Shown: positions 1-11,072 of the stretch, one piece after another
How the letters are laid out: each line of letters begins with the position of its first letter
Position numbering within the stretch: the first letter of the stretch is position 1
DNA from: an uncultured Oscillospiraceae bacterium
Lineage (GTDB): Bacteria > Bacillota > Clostridia > Oscillospirales > QAMX01
Direction of reading: 5' to 3'
Assembly: GCA_964439435.1 (NCBI GenBank)
Contig: CAYTOF010000003.1
Coordinates: 1-53,100, forward strand
Length of the DNA: 53,100 nucleotides
Notes under the pieces: generated by a model
The model's database searches: none
What the model was told of the DNA's origin: nothing
The model's input: only the letters and a program-made list of their open reading frames with translations
Position numbers and translations under genes: made by a program

Positions 1-102
1 TCTATCACTTTACTTTTACTCTGTCTAACCTTGCTTTTACTTTGACCGCCCACCCTTTTTGCCCTGATGTGCGCTTTTGAATTGTGTTCTCTGTTTCGCT
101 TC

Positions 103-131
103 TTGTCACGGTTTCAATTCTGTGGTATACT
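103..131 (+). promoter_or_regulatory. sigma-A-type promoter upstream of the 210..1897 gene pair
   Basis: TTGTCA(103-108)-17 bp-TATACT(126-131). Confidence 0.6.
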
Positions 132-209
132 CGTGTCAAATCGGGTCTGTGTGCTTTACACGCAAGCACATATTTTACCGATAATTGAAAACAAGAAAGG
201 AAGCACAAC

Positions 210-1148
210 ATGGCAATTGTATTTGGCGAAAGAGAGTATAAAAACTTTGGCAGAGTCCTGGCCATAGAAAACGGACATGCTGAGATTTTGGTCACCCTCG
301 AGTGCGGCCCGCGTATTATAAAATACTCCCTTCCGGGCGGAGAAAACTTCATGTATGAAGACAATAACAACGAGATTATCGAGTCCGGGCCTGAGTTTGA
401 CTCATATTTTTACTCCGATGCTTACTGGCGCACCTATGGAGGTCACAGGATTTGGCTGACCCCCGAGGCAAAACCTGAAACCTATTATCCCGACAACGAT
501 GAGGTAAACTACACCGTTTCAAACAATATATTTACCTTCACCCCTCCCCCGCAAAAATCCAACAATGTGCAACACACCTTGGAACTTGTGGTATCTGAAA
601 CTTCGTCGGATGTGCGTGTCACCGCATATGCCAAAAACACACACACCTTTCCCCAAGTCTTTGGCATTTGGCAAGTGTCGGTCATGTGCGCGGGCGGCAC
701 CGCCATTGTCCCGCAGAACAAAAAGGATACAGGCCTTTTGCACAACCGCACTATGTCCCTTTGGCCCTATTGCAATATGGCCGATCCCCGAGTCACTTGG
801 GGCAAGGAACTCATCTCCTTGCGTCAAGACCCCAAAGTTGACCTGCCCTTCAAATTTGGCATCTCCTGCGAAAGAGGTTTTTCCGCATATCTGTGCCATG
901 GCGCCCTGTTTGTCAAGAGATTTCCCTATTATGCAGGTCTTAACTATCCCGACGACGGATGCAATTTTGAGATATATACAAACAGGCATTTTCTCGAGCT
1001 TGAGAGCCTTGGCAAATTAGCTGCGGTGGCGCCCGATGAGACTATCCTGTCCAGCGAAGAGTGGAGCTTGATTCCCGGGGTCACCCCTGTCGCTGCGGAC
1101 GATATGACAGCCCTTGAAGAATTGACCGCAAAACTGATAGAAAAATGA
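210..1148 (+). CDS. conserved hypothetical protein, probably DUF4380 / galactose-mutarotase-like fold
   Basis: 312-aa ORF with RBS aaaggaag; GPRII, GGHRIW..PE and ELESLG segments recalled from this family; overlaps hisA by ATGA. Confidence 0.6.
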   Translation: MAIVFGEREYKNFGRVLAIENGHAEILVTLECGPRIIKYSLPGGENFMYEDNNNEIIESGPEFDSYFYSDAYWRTYGGHRIWLTPEAKPETYYPDNDEVNYTVSNNIFTFTPPPQKSNNVQHTLELVVSETSSDVRVTAYAKNTHTFPQVFGIWQVSVMCAGGTAIVPQNKKDTGLLHNRTMSLWPYCNMADPRVTWGKELISLRQDPKVDLPFKFGISCERGFSAYLCHGALFVKRFPYYAGLNYPDDGCNFEIYTNRHFLELESLGKLAAVAPDETILSSEEWSLIPGVTPVAADDMTALEELTAKLIEK

Positions 1149-1897
1149 AGTTTCGACCCTGTATAGATCTGCATGGCGGCCATGTCAAGCAGTTGGTCGG
1201 GAAAACTCTGGCAGACAACCTGCAAGAGAACTTTGTCTCAGAGCAAGATGCCAAATACTATGCCGATATGTTTCGCCGAGATGAACTGAATGGCGGGCAT
1301 CTGATCATGCTCGGAAGCGGAAATGTGGAACAAGCGCTCGGTGCACTCCTCTCTTTTCCCGGCGGTATGCAGATAGGCGGCGGTATCAACTGTGAGAATG
1401 CGGAGTTTTTTTTGGAAAACGGAGCTTCCCATGTCATCATAACTTCGGCACTTTTTGAAGGCGATAAGTTTTCAAAAGAAAAGCTCCTCGCCATTATGAA
1501 TCTGGTCGGCAAAGAGAGGCTTGTTGTCGACCTGAGCTGCGTGCGAAATGAAAGAGGATACTTTGCAGCCAAAGACGGTTGGAGAACAACAACCGATTTT
1601 GAAGTCACCGCAAACTCACTTCATGAGCTTTCTAAATATTGCAGTGAGTTTTTGATACATTCAATTGACGTAGAAGGGCAAATGGTCGGCCCGGACTATG
1701 CTTTGGTGGAACTGCTCACGGCATTTCGCACCCATGGCAGTACTCCCATCACATATGCCGGCGGCATATCCAAATACGAAGACATAATCGCATTTGAATC
1801 CGCCTGTTTGGGCTTGCTTGACTTCACCGTGGGCAGCGCCCTTGATATTTACGGCGGCGATTTGCCCTACTCGCTTTTGGCAAAATCATTCCGTTAA
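1145..1897 (+). CDS. hisA: ProFAR isomerase, eukaryote (His6)-type HisA
   Basis: N-terminus FRPCIDLHGGHVKQLVG matches His6-type isomerases; GGGI and TYAGGI phosphate-binding motifs. Confidence 0.85.
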   Translation: MKFRPCIDLHGGHVKQLVGKTLADNLQENFVSEQDAKYYADMFRRDELNGGHLIMLGSGNVEQALGALLSFPGGMQIGGGINCENAEFFLENGASHVIITSALFEGDKFSKEKLLAIMNLVGKERLVVDLSCVRNERGYFAAKDGWRTTTDFEVTANSLHELSKYCSEFLIHSIDVEGQMVGPDYALVELLTAFRTHGSTPITYAGGISKYEDIIAFESACLGLLDFTVGSALDIYGGDLPYSLLAKSFR

Positions 1898-2036
1898 AGC
1901 CTTTGTTCTCCACTTAATAGGTGTAAAACAAGGCAAAATACCGGTATTCACAAAATGTTTACTTTAATTTGATTGTAATACATGCAACTTTATGATAATA
2001 TAAAACTGCAACAACAATATATAGGGGGAGATTCCA

Positions 2037-2447
2037 TTGATAAAGTGCATTGTCGGCTTGAAAGGTACAGGTAAGACTAAACAACTTATCAGCATGGTCA
2101 ATACGGCAGTTACAGAAGAGGCCGGAAGTGTAATATGTATTGAAAGAGACCCCAAGCTGACATATGATATCAGCCATCGGGCAAGATTGATAGATACTGT
2201 CAATTATGAGATAAAAGGTTTTGAGGGGTTTGCCGGTTTCATTTCCGGTCTGTACGCTCAGAATTACGATATCACATCCATCTTTGTGGACAGCCTTTAT
2301 AAAATTACAGGCAGCAACGATACAGAAAAAGCCGGGGAGTTCTTTGAGTGGCTGGATAGATTCTCGGAACAGACAAAGATAAAATTTGTCATCATGATCA
2401 GCGCCGATATAGATGACATACCCAAACAAGCGCGCCGCTACCTTTGA
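2037..2447 (+). CDS. small P-loop protein conserved in Clostridia, function unknown
   Basis: GLKGTGKT Walker A at N-terminus, IFVDS Walker-B-like; RBS ggggagat. Confidence 0.7.
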   Translation: MIKCIVGLKGTGKTKQLISMVNTAVTEEAGSVICIERDPKLTYDISHRARLIDTVNYEIKGFEGFAGFISGLYAQNYDITSIFVDSLYKITGSNDTEKAGEFFEWLDRFSEQTKIKFVIMISADIDDIPKQARRYL

Positions 2448-2494
2448 TATCAACACACCAAAAAGCATTTGTCGCTCTAATTAAAATTTCCGAT

Positions 2495-2531
2495 AATCCC
2501 TTTAACCCGTGTCACTCGAGTTAAAGGGATT
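2495..2531 (+). terminator. intrinsic terminator
   Basis: 12-bp stem aatccctttaac/gttaaagggatt followed by T-rich tract. Confidence 0.7.
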
Positions 2532-2552
2532 TGTTTGTCGCGCAAAATGCAG

Positions 2553-2581
2553 TTGACTTATATTCAGTCCCGGTGTATCAT
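2553..2581 (+). promoter_or_regulatory. sigma-A promoter of the LysR gene
   Basis: TTGACT-17-TATCAT with TG extension. Confidence 0.6.
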
Positions 2582-2625
2582 AACTCCAACGAAACTAAAT
2601 CCTTTTTAACATAAGGGAGAATTAT

Positions 2626-3504
2626 ATGATCGGGCCGGAGAGATATGCTGTATTTTTAAGTGTCGCGAAGAACAAAAGTATCACCAAGGCTGCTCGCCAG
2701 CTGTTTTTGTCACAACCGGCAGTGAGCCAACACATCTCAAAACTGGAAGGCGAACTGAAATGCAAGCTGTTTGTACGTTCGCCAAAAGGCGTTCATCTGA
2801 CACCCGAGGGGGAAGTCCTCTTCTCCCATATTTCCCGTGCCTTTGAGGAGATAGAGGCCGGTGAAAAGGCATTGTTATCAATGCTCGGTCTTGAGAGTGG
2901 AGAGATACGCGTCGGTGCCAGCGATATGACTTTGCAGTATTTTCTGCTACCCCACCTTGAGCGCTTTCATTTTTTGCACCCGGAAATAAAAATAAGCGTG
3001 ACAAATGATCCTACCCCCCGCACTTTGCAACAGATAGAGCAAGGCACCATAGATTTTGGCGCCGTCAGCGAACCCTTTGCAAAAGTTCCGGGCCTTGTTG
3101 TTCACCCCGTAAAGCAAATCCGCGACACTTTTGTCTGTGGCTCAAAACTTTTTCCTTCAATTCAAAATCCTCTTCCCCTAAAGGAGCTGGAGCATTTGCC
3201 CATCATATGTCTTGAGAAAAACACCAGCACACGAAGGTTTTTGGACGATTTTCTGGGAGATAACGGTGTTCTCCTCTCCCCTGAGTTTGAGCTGGCCACT
3301 TCCCGATTGATTGTGGAATTTGCGATTAGAAATCTGGGCATAGGTTTTGTCGTCTCCGATTTTGCAAACGAAGAGATAAATGCCAAGAAGCTTCACAGGG
3401 TTGCACTCGAGGTAAAGCCTCCGGCGCGCAATATATGCATTGTTCACCGCAAACGTCCCCTCTCTCAAGCAACTCAAGCTCTGCTGTCCATCATTTTGTC
3501 ATAA
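2626..3504 (+). CDS. LysR-family transcriptional regulator
   Basis: SITKAARQLFLSQPAVSQHISKLEGEL HTH, LFVR, plus substrate-binding domain; 292 aa. Confidence 0.95.
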   Translation: MIGPERYAVFLSVAKNKSITKAARQLFLSQPAVSQHISKLEGELKCKLFVRSPKGVHLTPEGEVLFSHISRAFEEIEAGEKALLSMLGLESGEIRVGASDMTLQYFLLPHLERFHFLHPEIKISVTNDPTPRTLQQIEQGTIDFGAVSEPFAKVPGLVVHPVKQIRDTFVCGSKLFPSIQNPLPLKELEHLPIICLEKNTSTRRFLDDFLGDNGVLLSPEFELATSRLIVEFAIRNLGIGFVVSDFANEEINAKKLHRVALEVKPPARNICIVHRKRPLSQATQALLSIILS

Positions 3505-3621
3505 GCTGTGCTAATCTCTAAGATAACTACTATCTATTTTACTTATGTTTCATTAAGTGTTAAGATATTGATGTAATAAAGGCGGTTTTTGCCGCAAAAT
3601 CTTTTAAAGAGGTGAATTTAA

Positions 3622-4899
3622 ATGGTAACCGCGATAGTGGGCGGAAACTGGGGAGATGAAGGAAAGGGCAAGATGACGGATTTGCTTGCCTGCGATGCCA
3701 ATATAGTGATTCGTTTCCAAGGGGGAGCAAATGCGGGACACACAATAATAAATGACTACGGTCGATTTGCCCTGCATATCTTGCCCTCGGGTGTTTTCAA
3801 CGCCGAGGTTACCAACCTTATCGGCCCCGGCGTCGCTTTAAATCTCGACAGCTTTTTCAAGGAGCTTGCCCAGCTGGAATCGGCCAAAGTGCCGACTCCG
3901 AAAATCTTTATATCCGACAGAGCGCAAATTGTCATGCCCTACCACATAATGGCCGACACCTTGGAGGAAAAGCGCCTGGGTTCAAGGAGTTTTGGCTCGA
4001 CAAAATCCGGTATAGCGCCTTTTTATTCCGACAAATATCTGAAAATCGGCATACAGGTTTGCGAAATTCTCTATGGCGATCTCCGCTCCAGAGTTGAACG
4101 CATATGTGAAAGTAAAAATATCACACTGACCGCCCTGTATGGAGATGCCGCGGAACTGGAGCCCGATAAACTCATCGCCTATCTTGAAGGATATCGCGAA
4201 AAACTCGCGCCCTATGTCCGTGACACCGCCCAAATTCTGCATGCCGCAGTTAAAGCTGACAAAAACATTTTGCTTGAAGGGCAACTCGGATCCCTGCGTG
4301 ACCCCGACAATGGGATATACCCCTTTGTGACCTCCTCCTCCCCCCTTGCGGGCTTTGCAAGTGTCGGAGCGGCGGGTATCCCCCCTCATGCAATTAAAAA
4401 AATCATCACTGTGGTCAAATCCTATTCCTCCAGCGTGGGAGCGGGTGCCTTTGTCACAGAGATTTTCGACGACGAGGCACATCAACTGCGGGAACGCGGA
4501 GGCGACAAGGGCGAATACGGAGCGACGACCAATCGTCCACGCCGCATGGGTTGGTTTGATGCCGTCGCCAGCAGATATGGCTGTCTTTTGCAAGGAGCCA
4601 CGGATGTAGTGCTCTCTCTTTTGGATGTACTTGGATATCTTGACCAAATACCTGTCTGCACAGCCTATGATATAGACGGCACCATCACACGGGACTTTCC
4701 TGTCACGCCCTTACTCAATCAGGCAAAACCCGTATACAAATACTTGGAGGGCTGGAAGTGCGATATAAGAGGCATAAGAAAATATGAAGACCTGCCAAAA
4801 AACGCTCGGACATATGTGGAGTTTGTTGAAAACGAGCTTGGATTTCCTATCACCATGATCTCAAACGGCCCCAAAAGAGAAGATATCATTTTCAGATAA
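3622..4899 (+). CDS. purA: adenylosuccinate synthetase
   Basis: WGDEGKGK, QGGANAGHT and EYGATTNRPRR motifs. Confidence 0.97.
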   Translation: MVTAIVGGNWGDEGKGKMTDLLACDANIVIRFQGGANAGHTIINDYGRFALHILPSGVFNAEVTNLIGPGVALNLDSFFKELAQLESAKVPTPKIFISDRAQIVMPYHIMADTLEEKRLGSRSFGSTKSGIAPFYSDKYLKIGIQVCEILYGDLRSRVERICESKNITLTALYGDAAELEPDKLIAYLEGYREKLAPYVRDTAQILHAAVKADKNILLEGQLGSLRDPDNGIYPFVTSSSPLAGFASVGAAGIPPHAIKKIITVVKSYSSSVGAGAFVTEIFDDEAHQLRERGGDKGEYGATTNRPRRMGWFDAVASRYGCLLQGATDVVLSLLDVLGYLDQIPVCTAYDIDGTITRDFPVTPLLNQAKPVYKYLEGWKCDIRGIRKYEDLPKNARTYVEFVENELGFPITMISNGPKREDIIFR

Positions 4900-4911
4900 A
4901 GCAAATATACA

Positions 4912-4945
4912 AAAGCCGCAATTTCATTTTTGAAATTGCGGCTTT
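4912..4945. terminator. bidirectional terminator between purA and yebC
   Basis: aaagccgcaatttca-tttt-tgaaattgcggcttt between convergent genes. Confidence 0.85.
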
Positions 4946-4961
4946 ATGTCTGTATTTTTAT

Positions 4962-5681
4962 TTATTCGTCCCAATTGTGCCATACGTTTTGAACGTCTTC
5001 ATTGTCATCCAGCATGTCAAGCAACTTGCGCATGCGCTTGACATCCTCTTCGCTTTCCAGCGATACATAGTTTTGCGGCAACATTCTGACTTCCGCCTCG
5101 GCAAACTCATATTTGTCCTCGAGTGCTTCCCTCACAGGCCCAAATTCCTCGTGTGCCGTGATTATTTCAAACATATCCTCATCGCTTGAAAAATCTTCGG
5201 CTCCCGCTTCAAGGACCTCAATCATGAGCATGTCCTCGTCTTGACCGGTATTTTCTATAATCAACAGACCTTTTCGGTCAAATTGCCAGGACACACAGTT
5301 GGCTTGCCCGAGGTTTCCGCCGTTTTTATCAAAATAGTGGCGCACCTCCGCTGCCGTTCTGTTCTTATTGTCTGTCAGTGTCTCCACTATTACGGCAACC
5401 CCTGCGGGTCCATAACCTTCATATGTCATGCTCTCATAATTTGAGTCATCACCGGTGCCTGAATATTTTTGAATCATGCGATTTATATTGTCATTTGGAA
5501 CGTTGTTTGCCTTTGCCTTTGCGATGATATCGCGGAGTTTGGCATTAGTTGTAGGGTCAGCGCCGCCATCTTTTACGGCAACTCCGATTTCTTTGCCGAT
5601 TTTCGTGAATATCTTTGCCCGTTTCGCATCAGATGCTTCTTTTTTGTGTTTTATATTGCTCCATTTAGAATGACCTGCCAT
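4962..5681 (-). CDS. yebC: YebC/PmpR family protein
   Basis: MAGHSKWSNIKHKK start at 5681 (RBS aagggtggt); YEGYGPAG motif. Confidence 0.95.
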   Translation of the reverse strand: MAGHSKWSNIKHKKEASDAKRAKIFTKIGKEIGVAVKDGGADPTTNAKLRDIIAKAKANNVPNDNINRMIQKYSGTGDDSNYESMTYEGYGPAGVAVIVETLTDNKNRTAAEVRHYFDKNGGNLGQANCVSWQFDRKGLLIIENTGQDEDMLMIEVLEAGAEDFSSDEDMFEIITAHEEFGPVREALEDKYEFAEAEVRMLPQNYVSLESEEDVKRMRKLLDMLDDNEDVQNVWHNWDE

Positions 5682-5792
5682 TAAACCACCCTTATATTTC
5701 CCAATAGTTATGCAATCTACCAATTATTATATACAATCCAAAGGTTTTAATCAAGTATTGGCCTCCCAAAAACAATGTTTGGCCAAAATACA

Positions 5793-5822
5793 TGTCGGAG
5801 AGCTTATATAAGCTCTCCGACA
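5793..5822 (-). terminator. groEL terminator (perfect 30-bp palindrome)
   Basis: tgtcggagagcttatataagctctccgaca just downstream of the groEL stop. Confidence 0.75.
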
Positions 5823-5858
5823 CAGTAAAACCATTTACTTTATTTTATCGTTTTGGAA

Positions 5859-7499
<1,641 letters not shown>

Positions 7500-7525
7500 T
7501 TATTACCTCCGTTTATCTGATTTGC

Positions 7526-7810
7526 TTACTCTACAATGGCAAGAATATCGTTCTGACGAACGATGTTGTATTCTTCGCCATCAATTTTAACTTCGGTGCC
7601 GGAATACTTGCTTGTTATGACCTTGTCGCCTGTTTTGACATACATCACAACTTCTTTACCATCCACAACTCCGCCGGGCCCTACTGCGATAATCTCGGCA
7701 ACAGTTGGTTTCTCTTTTGCTGTGCCTGTCAATATAATACCGCTCTTGGTTTTTTCCTCGGTTTCAATCATTTTTACGACAACACGATCTGCCAAAGGTT
7801 TTAGTGTCAT
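7526..7810 (-). CDS. groS: co-chaperonin GroES
   Basis: LKPLADRVVV, TKSGIIL; 94 aa upstream of groEL. Confidence 0.99.
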   Translation of the reverse strand: MTLKPLADRVVVKMIETEEKTKSGIILTGTAKEKPTVAEIIAVGPGGVVDGKEVVMYVKTGDKVITSKYSGTEVKIDGEEYNIVRQNDILAIVE

Positions 7811-7844
7811 TTTTGCTACCTCCTATAATAATCTTCCTTAACAT

Positions 7845-7871
7845 TTGGCACTCAGTGCCCCTGAGTGCTAA
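7845..7871 (-). promoter_or_regulatory. CIRCE element (HrcA operator)
   Basis: minus strand TTAGCACTC-N9-GAGTGCCAA, one mismatch to consensus, upstream of groES. Confidence 0.95.
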
Positions 7872-7878
7872 TGTATAT

Positions 7879-7907
7879 ATGATAATCTATATAGCCATTT
7901 TTTACAA
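7879..7907 (-). promoter_or_regulatory. sigma-A promoter of groESL
   Basis: minus strand TTGTAA-17-TATCAT directly upstream of CIRCE. Confidence 0.7.
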
Positions 7908-7957
7908 TCTACATTTTAACCAAATTTAAGCGCGTTCGGGGGGTGATTTTCAATATC

Positions 7958-8908
7958 TTATACATTTTGCACACAAATTTTGTCTAAATGGTGATTGATC
8001 AGCTCAAAAACATCGTATTTTTCCGGTTCGTTTATGATTTCATGGCGCAATCCGTCAAAAATCTTCGTCTCTGTCTTTGCGCCAAATTTCAGGAGCAAAT
8101 GGGAGATCGCCGCCACACCTTTGCCAAATCCGCTCACGGGATCGTCACTTCCCGCCACCAGCAACACCTTTTCGTCTTTTATGGCGGAGAGGTGTTTTTT
8201 CTTATTGCTATAGGCCATGCCGCCCAGCAAATCTCTGAACCCGCCAAGGGTGAAGATAAACCCGCAGTTTTCGTCATTTATATAGAGGTCCAACTTTTCA
8301 CGGTCACGACAGAGCCAATCGAACTCGCTGTAGCTGTCTTTGGAAAACTTTTTGGAGAATTTCCCAAAAGAGAGCTCATTCATTATTTTGCTTCTGTACT
8401 TGTCTCCCTTGAAGAGGATGCCGGTTTTCGCAAGCAAGCTTCCCATCTTTGTTATAAAATCGGGGTTGTGGGCGGGCCCGCTCAAAATATACAAGCAGAT
8501 GGTTTTGGGATACATTGTCATATGTGTCCTGGCCAGCAGAGAACCCATGCTGTGTCCAAAGAGGAAAACGGGCATGTCCGGATACTCCCTTTGCGCAAGT
8601 TTCCGCACCGTCTCAATGTCCTGCACCGCATATTCCCAACCCGAGCGTGGGGCGAAATACCCTTTTATGCCATTTTTCTCCGCTGTTTTCCCGTGTCCGA
8701 GATGGTCCGGAGCATAGAGGGCATATCCCTTTTTCACAAAAAACTCGGCAAACTCATCATAGCGAGCTGCGTGTTCCACCATCCCGTGGGCGATGACAAT
8801 CAGGCCCTTTACCTCGGATTTTTTCGGTTGCCAACGGTGGATGTAAGTTTCAAACCCATCCAACGCAGATTGCATGAAAAAACCGTCATATTGTACGATA
8901 TGCTCCAT
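7958..8908 (-). CDS. alpha/beta hydrolase (lysophospholipase / monoacylglycerol lipase-like)
   Basis: HGMVEH, DHLGHG, GHSMG nucleophile elbow, C-terminal HEIINE. Confidence 0.9.
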   Translation of the reverse strand: MEHIVQYDGFFMQSALDGFETYIHRWQPKKSEVKGLIVIAHGMVEHAARYDEFAEFFVKKGYALYAPDHLGHGKTAEKNGIKGYFAPRSGWEYAVQDIETVRKLAQREYPDMPVFLFGHSMGSLLARTHMTMYPKTICLYILSGPAHNPDFITKMGSLLAKTGILFKGDKYRSKIMNELSFGKFSKKFSKDSYSEFDWLCRDREKLDLYINDENCGFIFTLGGFRDLLGGMAYSNKKKHLSAIKDEKVLLVAGSDDPVSGFGKGVAAISHLLLKFGAKTETKIFDGLRHEIINEPEKYDVFELINHHLDKICVQNV

Positions 8909-8930
8909 AAAAACCCGCCTTTCACATCGA

Positions 8931-8972
8931 TTGACTTGTATATATTTTACCCATATAATATATACAAGTCAA
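8931..8972. promoter_or_regulatory. symmetric divergent sigma-A promoter built from a 16-bp perfect inverted repeat
   Basis: ttgacttgtatatatt-N10-aatatatacaagtcaa; plus strand TTGACT-17-TATAAT, minus strand TTGACT-17-TAAAAT. Confidence 0.8.
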
Positions 8973-8986
8973 TCACCGAGCTCTTC

Positions 8987-9008
8987 GCTTAATAGTGATA
9001 AGGAACTA
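8987..9008. repeat. attL: GC core + arm ttaatagtgataaggaacta
   Basis: arm 8989-9008 is the reverse complement (18/20) of 20053-20072. Confidence 0.8.
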
Positions 9009-9051
9009 AATTACTTATCAACTGTCAGCTGACGGTTTCGGGGTGCATACG

Positions 9052-9095
9052 AAAAGTCCGTCCGACTTCCTAATAGGAGGTTTGGACGGACTTTT
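9052..9095. terminator. bidirectional hairpin near the element's left end
   Basis: aaaagtccgtcc/ggacggactttt 12-bp stem with inner pairing and T tracts on both strands. Confidence 0.65.
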
Positions 9096-9281
9096 GCTGT
9101 TTTATGATGAATATGGACAATTCCTACCCCTAGTTTTTCTAACGTTCAGGAGCATTTTTCTAACGGGTAATTTATTCGACTATGTGGAGTCATTTTGGCT
9201 ATTTATCACCTGAAGACTATGAAAAGCAGATCTCTTTAGCGTAACTCCATGTCCGCAGGGGCGGGCGGGAGAGGGTCGTTA

Positions 9282-11072
9282 TTACTCATAATATGAGGCT
9301 TGCATTAGATACATTTGCGCGTATAATCCGTTTAAATCCATTAATTCTTGATGCGTCCCGTACTCTTTTAACATGCCGCTGTCGATAACTATTATTTTGT
9401 CGCAGAACTTTGCGCTTGACAGCCTGTGGGAAATATAAAACGCGGTTTTATCGCCGATTAAACCATTAAATTGTTTATACAGCAAATATTCTGCGCGAGG
9501 GTCTAACGCCGAAGTCGGCTCGTCTAACACCGTAATAAAAGTATTATCTTTAAAATAGGCCCTTGCAATAGCCAGCTTCTGCTGTTCACCGCCTGACAGC
9601 TCAACGCCGTTTTCATCAAACAGTTTAAATAAATATGTATCATATTGCTCCGGCAATTCTGTTATCCTGTTATGAATGCTGGCTTTTTCCGCCGCTATCG
9701 TGATATTGGTTTTATCTGCATTCGTTAGTGATGTGATGTTTTCACCCATCGTAAACGCAAAGAGCTGAAAATCCTGAAAAACCGACGAAAATACGGATAA
9801 ATATTCGTTGTATTTTATTTCTTTTATGTTTACGGAATTGAATAAAATTTCACCGTCAACCGGGTCGTACAGTCGCATTAACAGTTTAATAAAAGTGCTT
9901 TTTCCCGCACCGTTTTCTCCAACGATAGATATTTTTTCACCCTTGCGGATTTTTACATTGAAATTATTCAGCGCATATTCAGACTGCCCCGGATATTTAA
10001 ACGACACGTTATTGAACTCGATTGTATAGTCGTCCTCTTTGTCGATGTTCAAAGGTCTAACCTCGGTTTTTTCGAATTTATTTTCAAGCCCCATAAAATC
10101 AAGGTAATATTTTATATATCTTATCGAATCCGAATAGGACAAGAGTGTGCTTGAAATTTGCCCAAGCGAGCTTCTTAACAACCCTATAGTGCCAATGGCA
10201 AGCGAAAAGGAACCGAGGGAAAAATCTTTAAATATAACGCTGTATCCCAATAAAATGTACACCGAAAATTGTATAAGATTTTGCAGGAAGCCGGTAATCA
10301 ATCCGTTGAAATCGGAGTAAGTCTTTTTCTTCTTGAATATTTTATTTATCTCAATAAATGCAGATTTTATCTTTTTTCCAATTTTTCCGCCCATATCAAA
10401 GATTCGAATATCTTTGCCGTATGTAAAATCGGAAGCTGTTCCGTTGAAATAATTTATTTCGCGCTGCCTTTTTATTAATTCTTCATCTTTCGGGCGATTC
10501 AATTTAATAAAGATAGCGCTGATAACAGAATTGATGATGATGCCGCCGACCGTTACCGCAATTACGAGAGGATTAATGGCCGCCAATATGACAATCGCGC
10601 TGATTAATAAAATAACATTGGAAAATACAGCTATAAAACTCCAAACCGTATTATTAAATCGAAATGACACAAACTCCCGCGCCAAGTCTTTTAATTCAAG
10701 CGTTTCTTTTTCTGCCAATAATTCATAATCAAGCTCCATGCATTTTTTATAAAAATCCGCCGTAAGTCGTCCTTGCGTTAAACCGCCTCTGCTGATCCTG
10801 ATATTATCGTTAAAATATGTTTTCAGAATGTTGGTTAATAAAACCAAAGCCAATATTCCGATAACAATCATGGCATAATCGGAAAACGGCTCTTCGTTTG
10901 TCAAAGCGTCGAACGTATATTTTACAAGTATCAACGGTGGATATGCCAACAAAGTAAACGAAAGCATTTCGCCTACCGTCATCAACATATAGACTTTATC
11001 TACTCGCCATAAAATCCTGAACAGCGCCGGTATATATGAAAAATAAACTAATAATTGTTTTATCTGCTTCAT
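9282..11072 (-). CDS. ABC exporter, fused TMD-NBD (heterodimer subunit 2)
   Basis: N-terminal hydrophobic helices; GENGAGKST, LSGGEQQK, LDEPTSALD. Confidence 0.93.
   Translation of the reverse strand: MKQIKQLLVYFSYIPALFRILWRVDKVYMLMTVGEMLSFTLLAYPPLILVKYTFDALTNEEPFSDYAMIVIGILALVLLTNILKTYFNDNIRISRGGLTQGRLTADFYKKCMELDYELLAEKETLELKDLAREFVSFRFNNTVWSFIAVFSNVILLISAIVILAAINPLVIAVTVGGIIINSVISAIFIKLNRPKDEELIKRQREINYFNGTASDFTYGKDIRIFDMGGKIGKKIKSAFIEINKIFKKKKTYSDFNGLITGFLQNLIQFSVYILLGYSVIFKDFSLGSFSLAIGTIGLLRSSLGQISSTLLSYSDSIRYIKYYLDFMGLENKFEKTEVRPLNIDKEDDYTIEFNNVSFKYPGQSEYALNNFNVKIRKGEKISIVGENGAGKSTFIKLLMRLYDPVDGEILFNSVNIKEIKYNEYLSVFSSVFQDFQLFAFTMGENITSLTNADKTNITIAAEKASIHNRITELPEQYDTYLFKLFDENGVELSGGEQQKLAIARAYFKDNTFITVLDEPTSALDPRAEYLLYKQFNGLIGDKTAFYISHRLSSAKFCDKIIVIDSGMLKEYGTHQELMDLNGLYAQMYLMQASYYE

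Noticed and set aside
5-370. 121-aa minus-strand ORF or a possible T-box leader
   Set aside because: The ORF overlaps the real 210.. gene and its promoter and has no motif; AGGGTGG is present but the rest of the T-box signature is not.
9040-9260. Possible IS end or MITE inside the element's left end
   Set aside because: No convincing partner terminal repeat, target duplication or transposase; the hairpin is explained as a terminator.
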